A stretch of DNA of 64,000 nt from Botryllus schlosseri (Eukaryota). Shown piece by piece: positions 35,825 through 49,342 of this stretch. The number at the start of each line of letters is the position of its first letter. Within the stretch, counting starts at the first letter, position 1. The DNA is taken from contig CM119378.1 in assembly GCA_051294905.1 (NCBI GenBank), forward strand, positions 20,460,001 through 20,524,000. The letters run 5' to 3'. Both the position numbers and the translations under genes were made by a program. The notes below the pieces were generated by a model. It searched no databases. It saw nothing but the letters and a program-made list of their open reading frames with translations, and was not told the origin of the DNA.

Positions 35825-35998
35825 CGTTTACAACCAACTGGACCCAGGTTCCATTCACGTACGGGGCGCTCTGTTGCCCAGCGCCGGTTTGTCTTGTAAC
35901 GCCCAGAAGATAGACTTTACAGTTGTACCAACCGTCGTCTTGCGCCATCACCAGATGGATGGAGAGGTCCGAAGTGCCTGTCCTCAACGCCATTCGAC
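35825..35998 (-). CDS. tutl: Turtle/IGSF9 exon: second half of Ig1
   Basis: cag|GT acceptor, AACG|gtgaat donor; 174 nt, phase 1-1. GRMALRTGTSDLSIHLVMAQDDGWYNCKVYLLGVTRQTGAGQQSAPYVNGTWVQLVVN, with Turtle-like NGTW motif. Confidence 0.93.
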
Positions 35999-37997
35999 CT
36001 GTTATGAAACGGATATTGATGTATCAGCTGATGCACCAAGGTTAGGAACGTGACTACAGAATGAAACGGGGAATGCGGGAAATTGCGTTCGTATAATGCT
36101 ACTGCATTTACTGCGATCTTGCAATATCGCTTAAGCCTTAATTTCGATGTATATATTGAGAAGAAGTCATAGATTGTATAGCTACGGCCGGTATAAGTCA
36201 AATTTACATTACATATACATCGATTTTTCAGATAAAAGCATCAGCATCAGCATTAGCACTATTAGCATCGTTTGATTGTTGACTACTTCCAAATTTAATA
36301 AGAGAATGTTACTGTGAACATTCTAGCACAGATGCGACTGACATCCCAACCCACTGAACATGCGGCATACGGCGAGTCACTGAACATGCGATCTTGTATG
36401 AAACGAATACCCTAATTTAGAACACGGGCACAGTGCCGTGTATATTTCAGCAATTTTTTTGCAGCATCGCGATATCCCATTTGTTTGCTACGTCGATCTG
36501 TGTCTGCCATCTCGCTACATTATTGTTGAAAGAGTTCCCCTCCTAACCCTTGTAATTTTCAGACTTGCTACGCCACTGTCAAGTGTCCCACGCCCGTAGG
36601 TGTTTGGTTCACGGTGCATGGCGAACTTGTTTTGCCTTACGTGACCCGTGAATAGAATCATTATATATTCCAGCTCATGCGAGCCTGACTGACGAACTTC
36701 AGTTAATCACTCTACACATTGTGGTTGTGCAATTCACTGCTGCAATTTGTTACAGTGTGACGGTATAGCCGAAACGCACAATGTTTCGTCGCCACGGCCT
36801 GTCATTGCTGCTTTATATGGATGTGAATGGGGGTTTACAAATACAAGGTTTCCTTAAAAACATACTGTCAATGTCAAATTACAGCAAGGGAATGCGAGCA
36901 GTAGCAATCAATGCGTTTTATATGCTCTATACAACTCGCATCCTTTAAGTAGAGTGACAATTACACAATACGAAGTCATGCAAAAATGCGAGGCGATCAC
37001 AACGAATCAGTCGTCTACAAACAATTATTCATTATAGTCAGCTGTTCTCAATCAGCATATCGATAAAAAGCCCAGGGTGGGCAACAACCTATCTACCATT
37101 CCAATAACAGATAATCAGATCGAAATAATTGCCAAGTATCGAAGAGACTCTGTGAAGCCGTATCGAAATAGATTCTATGCCAAGTCTAGTTTGTTGATAT
37201 AAAAGCAACCAGGTTAACCCTGAATGAATTAGGCAAGACGATATATAAAGTATTTACATGAGATAGTCGGCAGGTATTCAAGCCTTTTGACGATAAAAAT
37301 AACCGTTTATTTTAGGCGCCAGATAAGTGTCATAGGTATGTGAGAATAGAAGAGTCACAGGACGAGTACGGATTAATAATAAACATATTACATATAGTCG
37401 AAATCGGAGTCTCATTTTAAAACACGGATTCAATATGGTCTTTTCTTGGCGAAATCCTCTAAATTTATAGCATCCCCTCGACATATTTCGCTTACTTACT
37501 GTTTAAATGACACTATATAAATCGTGAAAACCTGCAAATCTGAAAATTGACAGGGCCACTAAGATCATAGATGTAGCCTATGTAACATGGAATTTCAAAA
37601 TGTACGCTTTTCATTCAAGCATTTCGTACATCTAGTTCACACGATAACACATTCCATGCAAGATAACGGGATATTTCACATATATCCGGTTGTTTCGAAT
37701 CAATATTCTGGTATAGTGCTACTATTCTTCAGCACAATGCAATCCGTATACGCATCACACGAACACATACCATACCTTCGGACATAGACTGCACTCTCCC
37801 TATAGAACACATATGGTTAGTCAATTACATATCTGGTGCTTTACATAGAGCGCAAGTCCAATTGCATAATCATATTATTGAAATGGAGCAAAAACCTGAT
37901 AATCGCCTTGCATTTATTTCAATGTGGATGTTAGACTAAAGATAACCAGCATCGGACATAAATGATTCTACTTTGTAAATCAGAATTCTGAAATCAC

Positions 37998-38166
37998 CTT
38001 TGAAAGATTCGTCGATATTTGGAGAATATGGCCCGATCTTGATGAAAACCGGCGATCCCTTGTCTTTGCGAAGCCACACGACTACTTTGGTTGGATCCGG
38101 GCGGTGATGACCCTCTCCGCATGGCAATACAGCTCTGTCTCCTTCATTGACTGTTACCACATGAGC
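37998..38166 (-). CDS. tutl: Turtle/IGSF9 exon: first half of Ig1
   Basis: Acceptor ccag|GCT (phase 0; alternative tag|AT at 38174 is phase 1), donor AAAG|gtgatt. AHVVTVNEGDRAVLPCGEGHHRPDPTKVVVWLRKDKGSPVFIKIGPYSPNIDESFK. Confidence 0.92.
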
Positions 38167-41100
38167 CTGGCCATCTAAATTGAGAAAAAAATATTTAAAA
38201 AACCCAATATTTTAATTTCATTTGCGTCAGATTATAAATGACGTTCAATCGATGATGTTTCGAAAGTAGTCATTTATTCACCTTATCTCGTATAATGAGA
38301 CTGCTTAATTGTCCTAACTTGCACTTAACAAATTTCCGTGATTCTTATTGGAAAGTTTGAGTAACGACCGTTCAACGAAACAGCCTATATGTTACGTACT
38401 ACGCATTTATTTAAGCCGCAGCGACGTGAAGTATTATATGAATAAGATCTCCGGTAGGGGACACTGCCGAGTCGCACCAAGCTGAGTGAAAACAGCGCGC
38501 GAAATATGAATTCCAAGTTATCGTACATGGGCATGAGCTGAGCTCTGAACAGCCACTGCAATCAAAAGCTTGAGCTGCATCCAGAAGTGGTATATATTAA
38601 ATGACAGAATATCACAACTGACCGACCAATGCGAATACAGGCAATGTTAACATGTTTCGTACGATCTTTATCTACACGTTTTTGAGACACTTATGATCAA
38701 TAGTGCTTGATTTTCAACTGTCTACGTCTAGCCGCATCGCGGCGGAAGTAGAAAGCGCAGTTTTCAACACACGCGGATAAAATCAAAAATATACTGCTTC
38801 TCCAGTATAATTTGCTTAAAATATCACTCACTGGCTCGTTTCAGATGTAACTGCAAATATTTGAAGTACCTATAGATCTAGTCTGGCAAAATCATCCTCC
38901 AGCAGTCGAACCATGCCGGTTACGAATTAGAGCATCTTATTGGTCGCAAACTAGGCCCATACCTACTAGAAGTTTAGCAACAAGCTGTTATAAACTACGA
39001 TAATGATTCGCACCTTTCGTGCAGACCCGGATTCTACGATTTAAGAATATTTTAGTTCCGTAATGCAACTTGTGCAGTCGCGTGCCACTTCCACTGCGAA
39101 CAGTGCTGTTCTATCTCTGTGCTCGATTCGTCACACCATTGTCGAAAGTCGACCCGTGATTGGGAGCACGACTTGGAATCGGATAGAGCAGCGAATTCCA
39201 CATATATATTGCAAGTAATCGCAAATTGATAATGGCTTTCCGATGTAATTACGGAGAGCAATATCCTTTTCAATTAACCTGCCAATCAAGCGATGGACAG
39301 ATAAACGCAATAGCCTCTACTTTCTTTCCCTCATATAGAATGAAAGAAGAAACTATATACTGCGATATTGCCCGAATAGGGTCTGATCGAAATCCGTTAA
39401 CATACGTTTTACCAACGAATGCAGTCCAGAATTTACAACAATTGTAACGAACGCATTTTGCGCCAACATCTTGACAGCATCACAAGTTCTATTGTCATTA
39501 CACGACGTCGTTTACGCAAGCTTGCTATTATTTTTGTGTATCGTCACTGTAACAACATACAGGGTTAAGTCCCCCAAGCCGCACGTTTTGATATGATTTT
39601 ATTTGTTTCCATTTTAGAAAGGAGAGTACCTTAAAATACGGCCTGTTGGAATGTACCTAAGCCTTTTCCCATATACGTCCGTACCGGCCAACCGGATACA
39701 TATTTCCATTTTATATCTCAATTGCAAAATTCAAGTACATGAAGGTTTGTTCAGTAATTAGTGACTTGAAATATCATATTCTAAGATGATGATAGAAATT
39801 TAGAAAGTATAAACAGAGTTCATGGCATGTTTTGGAGTTACCGTACGTCACAATGCTTAAAGTGTTACTCCACACTGTTTAAAAGTAGCCTATGCTAAGA
39901 CCAGTATCACGTGAAACCGAGAAGAAGACTTCTAAGACAAAATATAACGAAATTCCATAGTGCAATTTGACGGTCTTCCAGTAAACGGCAGCCATAGTTT
40001 TTGGTTATTACAGGACATCGCCTTGTACACTTCAATGGAACCATGTACATAAAACACATGTATTATCATAAAGGCAGTAGCAAGTTTCTCATTTTGTTAA
40101 TAACTATGCAGGTATCGTTGTGCCAGTGATGTTGTTGTAGGTTTCGAAATCATAACGCAAGCTAAAAGGGTCGAGAACCACCGCTTACAGACAATCGACA
40201 AAGGTCTAGGAAGGTATGAACCCTACAACAAAATATGCGTCAACGAGCGATTCAATTCTTCCAATACATCTTTACCTGTACGACACTCGAGTATCGAATA
40301 GGGAATCAAAGTCGGCGAAAGTCCGGCATGCTCAAGAATCGATACGACAGTAGCAAATGACTCATCGACGGTGATACCTTAATCCGAAATAGTAGATGGG
40401 GAAACGCGCCGGAGTGGGTCCGAAATCCTGCGCTTCTGCTTTTAGGGCGGAATCTGGAGCGTAAAATCAGCAGTGGACAAAGCCGAACGCCACTCGACTA
40501 CTTTGGTGATTATTGCGTGGAGATCCGGAGACCCATTATATGAGTGGAGATCAAAAGAAGGTTCTTCTTCGTTTTTATGAAGTCATAAAATCCATAGATC
40601 AAAACCCCTCATTGTAGAAAGCTATCGTTTACGTAACTACTGGACAGTGTCCATAATTCGCGAGCAAGACAATGTGTCGCGATATGGTTGATCAATGGAC
40701 TCGCGATATCCGAGTAACTGTAAAAATGGCTTACACTTTAACGTACCCATAATCAACATGAATTACGGTTGCTCAAATGGCTGGCAACGATAAATAGATT
40801 TAATATGTGCTAAATTGCCGGACAAGCGATAGAGAACAGGGAGTCATTGAAATGAATATGGGCATCGCCAGTGACGACCATTCGTGGTTAACGATTATTA
40901 TTATTATCTGACTATTACCCAACAGTTTCTTCAGTGTTACTGGCTTTCAACCACTTATATTCCTTAAAGGGGCACTCCGCTCTAAATACGACGTGGTCTC
41001 AAATTAAAGATAGGGAAAAATATTTTGGCCTCAGCCAATTTCTTCAGAAATCCACCGTTGAGGAACTGCAGCTAATCGAGAATTACAACTACCCCCATTC

Positions 41101-43302
41101 CATACCAGTTGAATAAATAAATTTTTATGGTGGCGGGGCTGCAGTCTCCGCTGCTCAACCCGTTGCGAATTTGCTGGCATCATATTTGCATCTGCGCTTG
41201 CTCGACCCAGTCAAATGGCGTGGAATGAGGAGGAGAATAGTTGGAGTTTTCTTTTAGCTCCAGCAAGCTACTATTACGGTGGATTCCTGAAGAAAATGGC
41301 TGCGACCAAAATTGTTCTCCCGATTTTATCTTTCATTTGGACCACATCATATTTTAAGCGCGATACCCCTGTAATATAGTTTGAAGTCAAAGGAGTGCAC
41401 GATCACAGCCATACTGGAATGCAGTTCTTCCGTACCACACATACGTACTTTTATAGTAAGTAATGCATTTCGTAGCAGTGCTGCATCGTCCAACTTTGAG
41501 TTACTCGCGGCTATGCATATACTTACCTTAATCAATATGGTAATCGAAGGGTTCAGAGTAGATTCTTTAAAAAGTGGTCAATTCAACATTTTATCAAACT
41601 GGACTGGGTTTGCTACGTCCGCACTACTTATTACAGTGCTACTGTCCAGACAAGTGCAATATCAGTATCACGATATGCAACGTTTGCAATAAAATCGCTT
41701 TGGCGTGATCGCATGTATATGACCAACATGTGCAGGCGGTGGTTATATGGATCAATCAGAACAATATAGGAAGGCTTAATAAAGGTTTGAAAATACTATG
41801 ATAGCGCAAACTAAAGCTATTCGCTCTACTGGTTGCTAACGAATACCCCTGGCGAGTGTCAGTCGAAAATATCCGGGTTCATTTCAGTATGAATATACTA
41901 TTTAATTGTATATTGAGCTTCTGTACCTACAAGAAGCTCTTGCAATGAGTATGTCTCGTATTAATAGACTGTGGCTGTGGATGACTTGCGCATCCCAAAA
42001 CCAACGGCGCCCCGCCACGTGTCACCGAATCGCCCATTCGGAAACGTCTCATCGAGTGTGAAAAGATTCACAACGACAGAGGAAATGGTCGGCGTGTATT
42101 GTGATTCGCAATGAGACATTGTCCGTGTAATCACATCGACTTCCTGGTAGTACAATGTAGACTTTGTCGCTTGATACACGGTACGAGACGTTGGCCACGT
42201 TTTCGGTGGGTTTGTGATGATAGCCGTATTGTGAGGGATTACGTTATCAACAACGGAAAGGTGGTATATAGCCGCCAATTTTTCGGGGATCTCGTCACTG
42301 ACCACCACTGATTTCGCCCCATACCGGCGTCACTCGCAGTGTCTATAGTCAGTCGCACTATTTGAAATACCTTACTTATTGGTAGTTCGACGTGACAATG
42401 TCATTTTAAAGCCTAAATTCAAAAGACGTGCAACCCAAGTTTATTAAAATAGGAGGAACATGTCAACAGGCTCAAACTAAATATGATAACGAATCAAGAT
42501 ATTGCTAAAAACGGATAGCTTTTAATACAGGTCTAACAAGAAGTAGCGTGCAAGATTAAACGACAGTGGCGGAATGGAAAAATAAAAATCCAAAGGATAA
42601 ATTGAGAGAATGGGCCGGATTCCAACTACGCAGGGAGACTCTAGTTGTCGGATTTACAATCCAATCGCATAAGAAATAACACGCATACCAGACCGCAATT
42701 AAAGGTAACTGTAAACCCACAATAACAAGATAGATGTTGTCACATAGCGTTAAAAGGTATTTCAAATAAGAAAAGTCCTGTTTCTACGGATGTGGTGTTG
42801 GTAGAAAGTTATATACACAACTAGAATAATGTGTACATCAAAAGATCTCCGCGCATACAAACAGAAGCGGGCTTTGATGTGAACGCCTGCGTCGCGTCGA
42901 AACTCAAAACAAGTGGATTTGCAGCATTTGAAAAGCGCGCCACACACCAGCCCGTCTCGACTTATATCGCATCGTGAGAAAATTCGCTGTTCGCTTGAAT
43001 GAAATTACTTGGCGTGTTACGTCATCAACGCATCACGTGTCGGGTTTCCACGGGTAGGGTGTACACATGATACAATCGAGACTTCCATTTTGGGATTCGA
43101 CTGGTTGACGTTAGATACACAGTGCGGTAACAGTCATCGATTTGTGGCAATGTAATTTCATTTAAGATTCCTGAGTTCTCGGAATCTTATCTCCACTAAA
43201 GCGATAATCCCATCAACTTATTTACATTACGCTTTCTCTGCAAATTTCGATTAAATGTCGCCAAAATAAGGTATTCAGCCACCAGTAGGTATGAGGCATT
43301 CG

Positions 43303-43343
43303 AACGTGTGTTTGATTCGATTAACGTGTGTTTGATTCGATTA
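43303..43343. repeat. Perfect 20-bp tandem duplication
   Basis: aacgtgtgtttgattcgatt x2. Confidence 0.9.
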
Positions 43344-44408
43344 GAGCCAAGTGTTTTGTATACAGGAAATGAATGATACATTCGTAATAAACACTATTTT
43401 TTCGGCTGACACTCGTCAAGGGCAATCGTCATCAATTAATAGAGAATTTGAAAGAACTTTGAGCATCAATTCTTCACTAGTTGCTAACGATTAGCCCAGA
43501 CAAGTTTCAACCGAAATATTAGGGTTTGTTTTGATAGATTATATCCGTCAAGAGTATCTTCACATACCGGAATGGGGGATTGATTGTTATCGTGAAACAC
43601 GATCAAAATAACTATAGTAACGATAAATAATAAGGATAAGCTGCATTCGATTCCTCTCACGGCAAGAATATTAGATTCGGATGTGACGTCACTTGGTGTA
43701 GAATGCAATAATAATAATTTAGAATGCAGTATAGAACGTTTTCATATTGACATGCAAAGTTCATAGTCCACCTTAAACTTATCCTTCGCCATAATGATGC
43801 AGATGCTGTCCGTAACTATTGAAAACTAGCCATCAACTTGCGTTGGGTTTACTTTTGAATCTGTGTGGAGTATGTGACTTTTAAGATATGTATTCTTGCA
43901 ATAGAAGTCGTTATGAAGGTAATATTAAAATCCAGCAAAGAGCGAAGTCGCATTTCTTTCATAATAAACCCAACAGTCAAAATCGAACTTGCCTTGTAGA
44001 AACTTCAATAGAACCACGCACGACAAATGTGTTAACCAAAATACTACGTAAAGGCAATTCCTCATTAAATTAACGCGCCTATTCTTCGTTTTGAGTTGCA
44101 CCCTTTTGATTTTAATTTTCAAAGTTCATCGTTCAGCAAAAATTGTTTAGAAATTTCACGGGTCTGCAAAATTTGAGAAACACCGTACTATTATACGCCT
44201 TTCGTTTACGTCGAAGCTATCGTGAAAGCGGTACGAGTATGAAGCTTCGTTACAGCAGAGGCGTGGACAGGAGGATAATTTGAATGCGTCGACTCATTTT
44301 TGTAATGAAATGATTCCACAATCTCATCGCAGGGCTACTCACTTTGTACAATATAATGACAGCTGCCCAATTCGAAATGTATTAGCGGAAGGGAATTCTC
44401 TAATAATC

Positions 44409-44768
44409 GAGGGTTACCATATGTTCTCCTTTAGGAGGATTTGCCCTTCTTCTTCAGGTTATTCAAAATGTCCTCTGAGGACGCCTAAATGTCATCCTTT
44501 TTGGCAATTCGTCCTACCTTGCAGCTTTTTCAGCTAGGATAATGGAAAGATTCGACTGAAAATCGGCATACATGACGCTAAATGGCAAATACGGACGATC
44601 CAGCGGGCAATTCGGGAGTAGATCGAAAGCAACGACCTTTTTTTAGTTACTCACCTAATTTTCAACAAAAATAGCGAAATCGGCTGTTTTCAGTCTTGAT
44701 CAACTAACTTTTCTGATTTGGTTGGTAAAAGTGTCATCCTTTCCCGATTTCAAAATATGATAACCTTA
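44409..44768. mobile_element. hAT MITE, 360 bp (related to 32006-32384), TSD TAATAATC
   Basis: gAGGGTTACCATAT...ATATGATAACCTTA decayed TIRs, similar gtcctc/gaggacgcc left end, identical 8-mer at 44401-44408 and 44769-44776. Confidence 0.8.
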
Positions 44769-47700
44769 TAATAATCCGATTACGGTCAAGTTCATTTCCG
44801 CATTAAATCCCACATGGGCAAAATCATTTCCCCTGTGGAATCAACGGTATTCGGTGGCTTACTTATAACTAAAAGACGGCGACAGTTCGAATCAATCATT
44901 GGAATGACTTTTATCAACCACACTTGACCACTGTTTTCTCAATCACGAAACTTCTGATTGGACGTCGATCGCGTCTAAGAACGCACGAATAAATCAACGC
45001 GATATCCTCCCGATACTACATCCCGCTGGACCATTGATTATGATCGATTTTTGTAATTGATTTCGTACATATCACCCCGCTATGAATATGCTGTCGACTG
45101 CGATATAATATGATAGCCAACGGCTAGGAAAGAGCATAAAATCTTCCAATAAATGCAGTATTATATATTCTGTGGCACATATTTTATAGGGCTATAATTC
45201 ATTAATAGGGCAGCTATTATATCATGAATAACTGCTACACGCTGAGGCTGATATATATTCCAAAGCCTGGTAGGAATAATGATGAAGCATAAGATTTGGT
45301 ATCTTTGCAGATAGCAATCTAATCATGGTAACTCTCTGATTCTATAACATTAGACATGCCAGTGTTCACAATGGATGTTTATACGAAGGTATACAAAACA
45401 AACGTTACAGCTTTGGGTCAAGTCCGCTACGTTTTCTCAGACAAACTCATTTAAGATCCAAAGTTCAAGCGGTCGAGACCGTGACGAAGACATCGGCAGG
45501 TTAAATGCTTTCAGATGGAAATCCTTTCCCGAATGCGATCTTGAATATCCTTAGTGTATATCTGGATTGAGACCCTATGTCGTAGAATAACTCATGGAGT
45601 TTTAAACCCAGAACGGCTTTATTCAGAAGTGGCACAAGCTGTAGGCCTATCGCCTGTGCGTCGCTACTGAAGTAGTATGAAGAGTATCACCATGAATTTC
45701 TACTCAATAACAAGTAGAAGTATCAATTTCCAAGACATGCCAGAACTACTTCAAGGGGAATTTCAAAACGAAGGGTGCAAAGCATGGATGGGCAACATAT
45801 ACGGCCCGTGACTCGATTTTGAGCGGTCTGCAGACAGTTTCCGGTTCTACGTAATAATGTGGCCGCGACCACAGTCTGCCGCAATCCCCCACCATTACCT
45901 TACTACGTCAAATTAACTGTACGGGTCTACGAGCAAACATTTTCAATCATATACGCATTACCAAGACAAAGTCGCATTCCAATCGAACTGCTGCTCGCGT
46001 ACAGTCTTTACCAAGGGTTTGTATGTCCGACATATAGTCAGATTTCAAAGAACTTGTTGACAACTTTGATCGACCATAGATGGCTCATTTTGACTTCAAG
46101 AGCTATAGAAGTACACTAAATACTGTTTTGGTCCCTGTTCCCTATGCGGTAAACTCAAAGCTTGCATTAAATATGATTTATTCCTTGTATAGTTAAATAA
46201 ATACGCGGTTAATGTATCGATTCAGGAATCCGGCTTCCAAGTACATCATGTCTCCATAACAGGCCCGCCGACTGGAGAACTTGCCCGCTTCTGGTCTAAA
46301 ACCTACTCAAGGAAGTATAGTAAAAAAAGATCTCATCGAGGGATCGTATACTCTAGCCGTTAATCTGGGGTGGATGTGGATACTTTCGAAACACGAAGAC
46401 GTACCCTCGTGACTAACGCATAAAGACCAATAACCCTTTTAGGAACATATATAATTTTCAATAATATATTCGGTTAAGAGGACACGGTGGTTATTTCACT
46501 CATACTCGTGATGCAAACTTAACGCACATGTTTATACGTTTCAACACCCAAAGAGTAAAAGGTAATTAAGGTCGCCCACAAAGTGTCCAAGTAAAATTGG
46601 TGGTAGTCTAGAAGAGTAACGACTTGAAGTAGTGGTTCAAGTAGCCTATACTAAACATATAATTCAGTACTCCGAAGTAGATATATTTCTTTACTGACCA
46701 CCTATTTAACATGTAGTCGAAATATTCGTTCGTCCCCGTTAGAAATACCTTACTTATTTCCGAAACCGTCAAACACAGTCCGTTTTCTAGGGAGTTATCG
46801 GAGAATTTCGAGTATTTTACAAATATGTAATCAGCTGATGCACTACTCATGCCGCCGTACGTGAGCGAGCCGCTTAGGAGGACCAATCAGTTGCGCTCCA
46901 TCAAACTTTAACAAAATACCTTGTGGTTTCACCTCGCCTATACAAATCCATTCAAGTTGATTGGACTTTTATCCGTTCCTTACTATTGTTTCGTGATCAT
47001 ATACGAATGCCTACTTGGCGATAGAATATCACCTGGCACGTAGGTCAATGGGGTTCTGGTATAGTGGCGGTTATTCATCATTAAGTTAGGTGTATGGATC
47101 CGGATTTTGAATTACAACCTGGAGTGGCCGTTTTCCAGAAGTATTAAAATGTAAAGGTCGAATAATTATTTTCCTTTCGTGCTTTGGTTTGCATAGAAAA
47201 TGAGGTTTAAGCAGCGTGTACTCGCCTTTGAGTACACGCTGGTTTAAGGCCCATTGGCCTAACAAACGTATGTGTGTATTTGCATTATTGGGTATTCGCG
47301 GCATTAAAATTAGACATCGTTAACGATATAAAGCAGGCGTTTGCAACCCCTTTTTTACTCATGTCTTAATGTACGTTATTAAGTTTGCGCCGACGTATAC
47401 TAACCTTCAATGAAAAACACCAAGTTTCACCTACACAATAGATTAATTAAATGAAAATTCACACACATTTACCGAGTACTAGGATACAGTTGATGGTTTG
47501 GGCTGAGAGTTCTACATGAATGAAAATGTCGAACGCATTGTGGTGAACTCAGTAGTTACTTAGCACAGTTTTTGGATATTATGAAGACACTCTTGACTCT
47601 TATGTGTTCATAATAACATAATTTCTGATATTAATGCATACCACGCAAGCTCCATATCCCATTGAAAACAGTGCCATGGCACACAGCACGACCATTATAA

Positions 47701-48628
47701 AAGGTCCTGCTAAAAGCTTCGGAGAAATGCATCTGCATGATTATTGCTGTTAACAAAATCCATTATTTGCAGGCAATCCATACAATACCACATGCTATGA
47801 ACCGCTATCAAGCACAAAATCTGTGTGTTGTACGAATTGCAGCGAACTCGACCCGGAATGTGGCGACAGTTTCATATACATTTCATGGAACAGAAGACAA
47901 CACAGAACCAAACAAATGAGTGTTATGAATCCAACGACAGTTAGACTTCTTAACAGGTTTTCGCGGTTACTTCTCTGCATCGCATAAGGCTGTGGGTGAA
48001 AAGAATGTGTAGATAAGGAGGAAAGCGAAGCTAAAGCGCCACCCAAATATGGGCTTTAATATTTCATGACCGGGTGTATAGGCGCACTTGTAAAAACAAA
48101 ACAACTATAATAGACAGGCGGATCGTAGATTTTCCAAACAACCAAACACAAATACGTCGTCGGGGGCGAGGTAGACAATGAATTTGCCCCGAGAGAAAAG
48201 TGAATCACCATCTCTATCTATATTTGATGAGATCTGGCGCAGATTAGAAGCGTACATTAAAGCGAAAGCTGCAGTAATGTCTACTGCTCGTATCCTAAAA
48301 TAACGCGTCCAACAAGACTTGACGTTTTAATAATCATATAACTAATACTTCGAAGTTTGTTTGACCCACAACCAGCAGCAACACTGTGACCAAACAGTTG
48401 CCCGACATCATCCTGATAATGATGTTGGATATTGATAATAATAAATATTAAAAACAATAAATAGCTAACATGTAGGTTGTTCGAACATATTATTAGAAAC
48501 GGAAGTAATCGAAACGGCATGCCGTTCACAATTCATTAAATCCATTCAATTCGATGCAGTCCTATCGAAATTATCATCATACTCTAGGTTATTACTTCCA
48601 GATTGAAAGAAATTAGGCAAATTTTAGC

Positions 48629-48703
48629 ACTAACGTCCCTTACATCTTACAATACAATTACAACTTACTAATGTCCCTTACATCTTACAATATAATTACA
48701 ACT
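48629..48703. repeat. 38-bp tandem duplication (2 C/T mismatches)
   Basis: actaacgtcccttacatcttacaatacaattacaactt followed by actaatgtcccttacatcttacaatataattacaact. Confidence 0.9.
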
Positions 48704-49134
48704 GTATGCTTCAAAATCGACAGTAAAATTCCGGTGACGTCAGATTTTGTGATTCGATTGTTGATATACAATGTTCGTTCCGATTCTCTGCCAGTTGCTG
48801 ACGGTTATTATCCATGATGACTAGTCAAGTTTCTACAACTTTTGCAACTTTTTTACGGCTTCCGGACGCTTCCTAAATACTCAGAAGCTATGTAGCATGG
48901 TGTTTTAAGCTGTTTATCCTCTACTGCTATTTTTTGCAACTTTTCTCCTTTTTTTCATGCAACTTTTTGCCACTTTTTTCAACTTTTCTTCTTTTTTTTC
49001 ATGCAACTTTTTGCCACTCATTTAGATTTTCCATGTAACTTTATTTCGATTTTTTATGCATCTAACTTTTTACGGGAAATATTTCACACTATATGTAGAT
49101 GGATGGCTTAATTATTTGCAGAGGTGGTCAACGT

Positions 49135-49342
49135 ATAGTCACTCAAGAAGAAGCAGGAGTGGCGGTTCCAAAGTAAGTAAGTAAATAGGTATTCTACGCC
49201 TGTTTTTGCCTAAAAAACTGAAAACTGCCAAGTAGAAGTAGAAGTGGTTTAAAATCCTGACCACTTGATAAGTAGTGCGAGTAGGCAAAATCTACTTCAA
49301 GTACTTCAAAAAGTAGAAGTACTTCGTTACTGACTACCTCTG
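49135..49342. mobile_element. AAGTAG/AAGTAC-rich MITE end (family fragments also at ~3105-3130, 4858-4975, 22765-22860)
   Basis: Ends aagtacttcgttactgactacctctg; the reverse complement gtcagtaacgaagtact occurs at ~4952 and a variant at ~4860. Confidence 0.55.

Noticed and set aside
41521-41529. Perfect minus-strand donor AAG|GTAAGT in the 12-kb intron
   Set aside because: The upstream sequence has no ATG-initiated leader or clear acceptor, so an exon cannot be supported.
41961-42308. 115-aa minus-strand ORF with an overlapping plus-strand ORF
   Set aside because: No recognisable motif; cannot be told apart from chance or a decayed TE without a search.
43568-43708. Hydrophobic stretch (LSLLFIVTIVILIVF) ending at a phase-0 donor CCG|gtatgt, resembling another leader exon
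   Set aside because: The ORF-track 'M' is a TTG. There is no in-frame ATG before an upstream stop, and the hydrophobicity comes from low-complexity TTA/ATT sequence.
46749-46850. ggcggcATG...AAG|gtattt, a 34-codon phase-0 exon candidate near a CCAAT box
   Set aside because: No signal-peptide character, the CCAAT box is too close to the ATG, and such patterns arise by chance in 12 kb.
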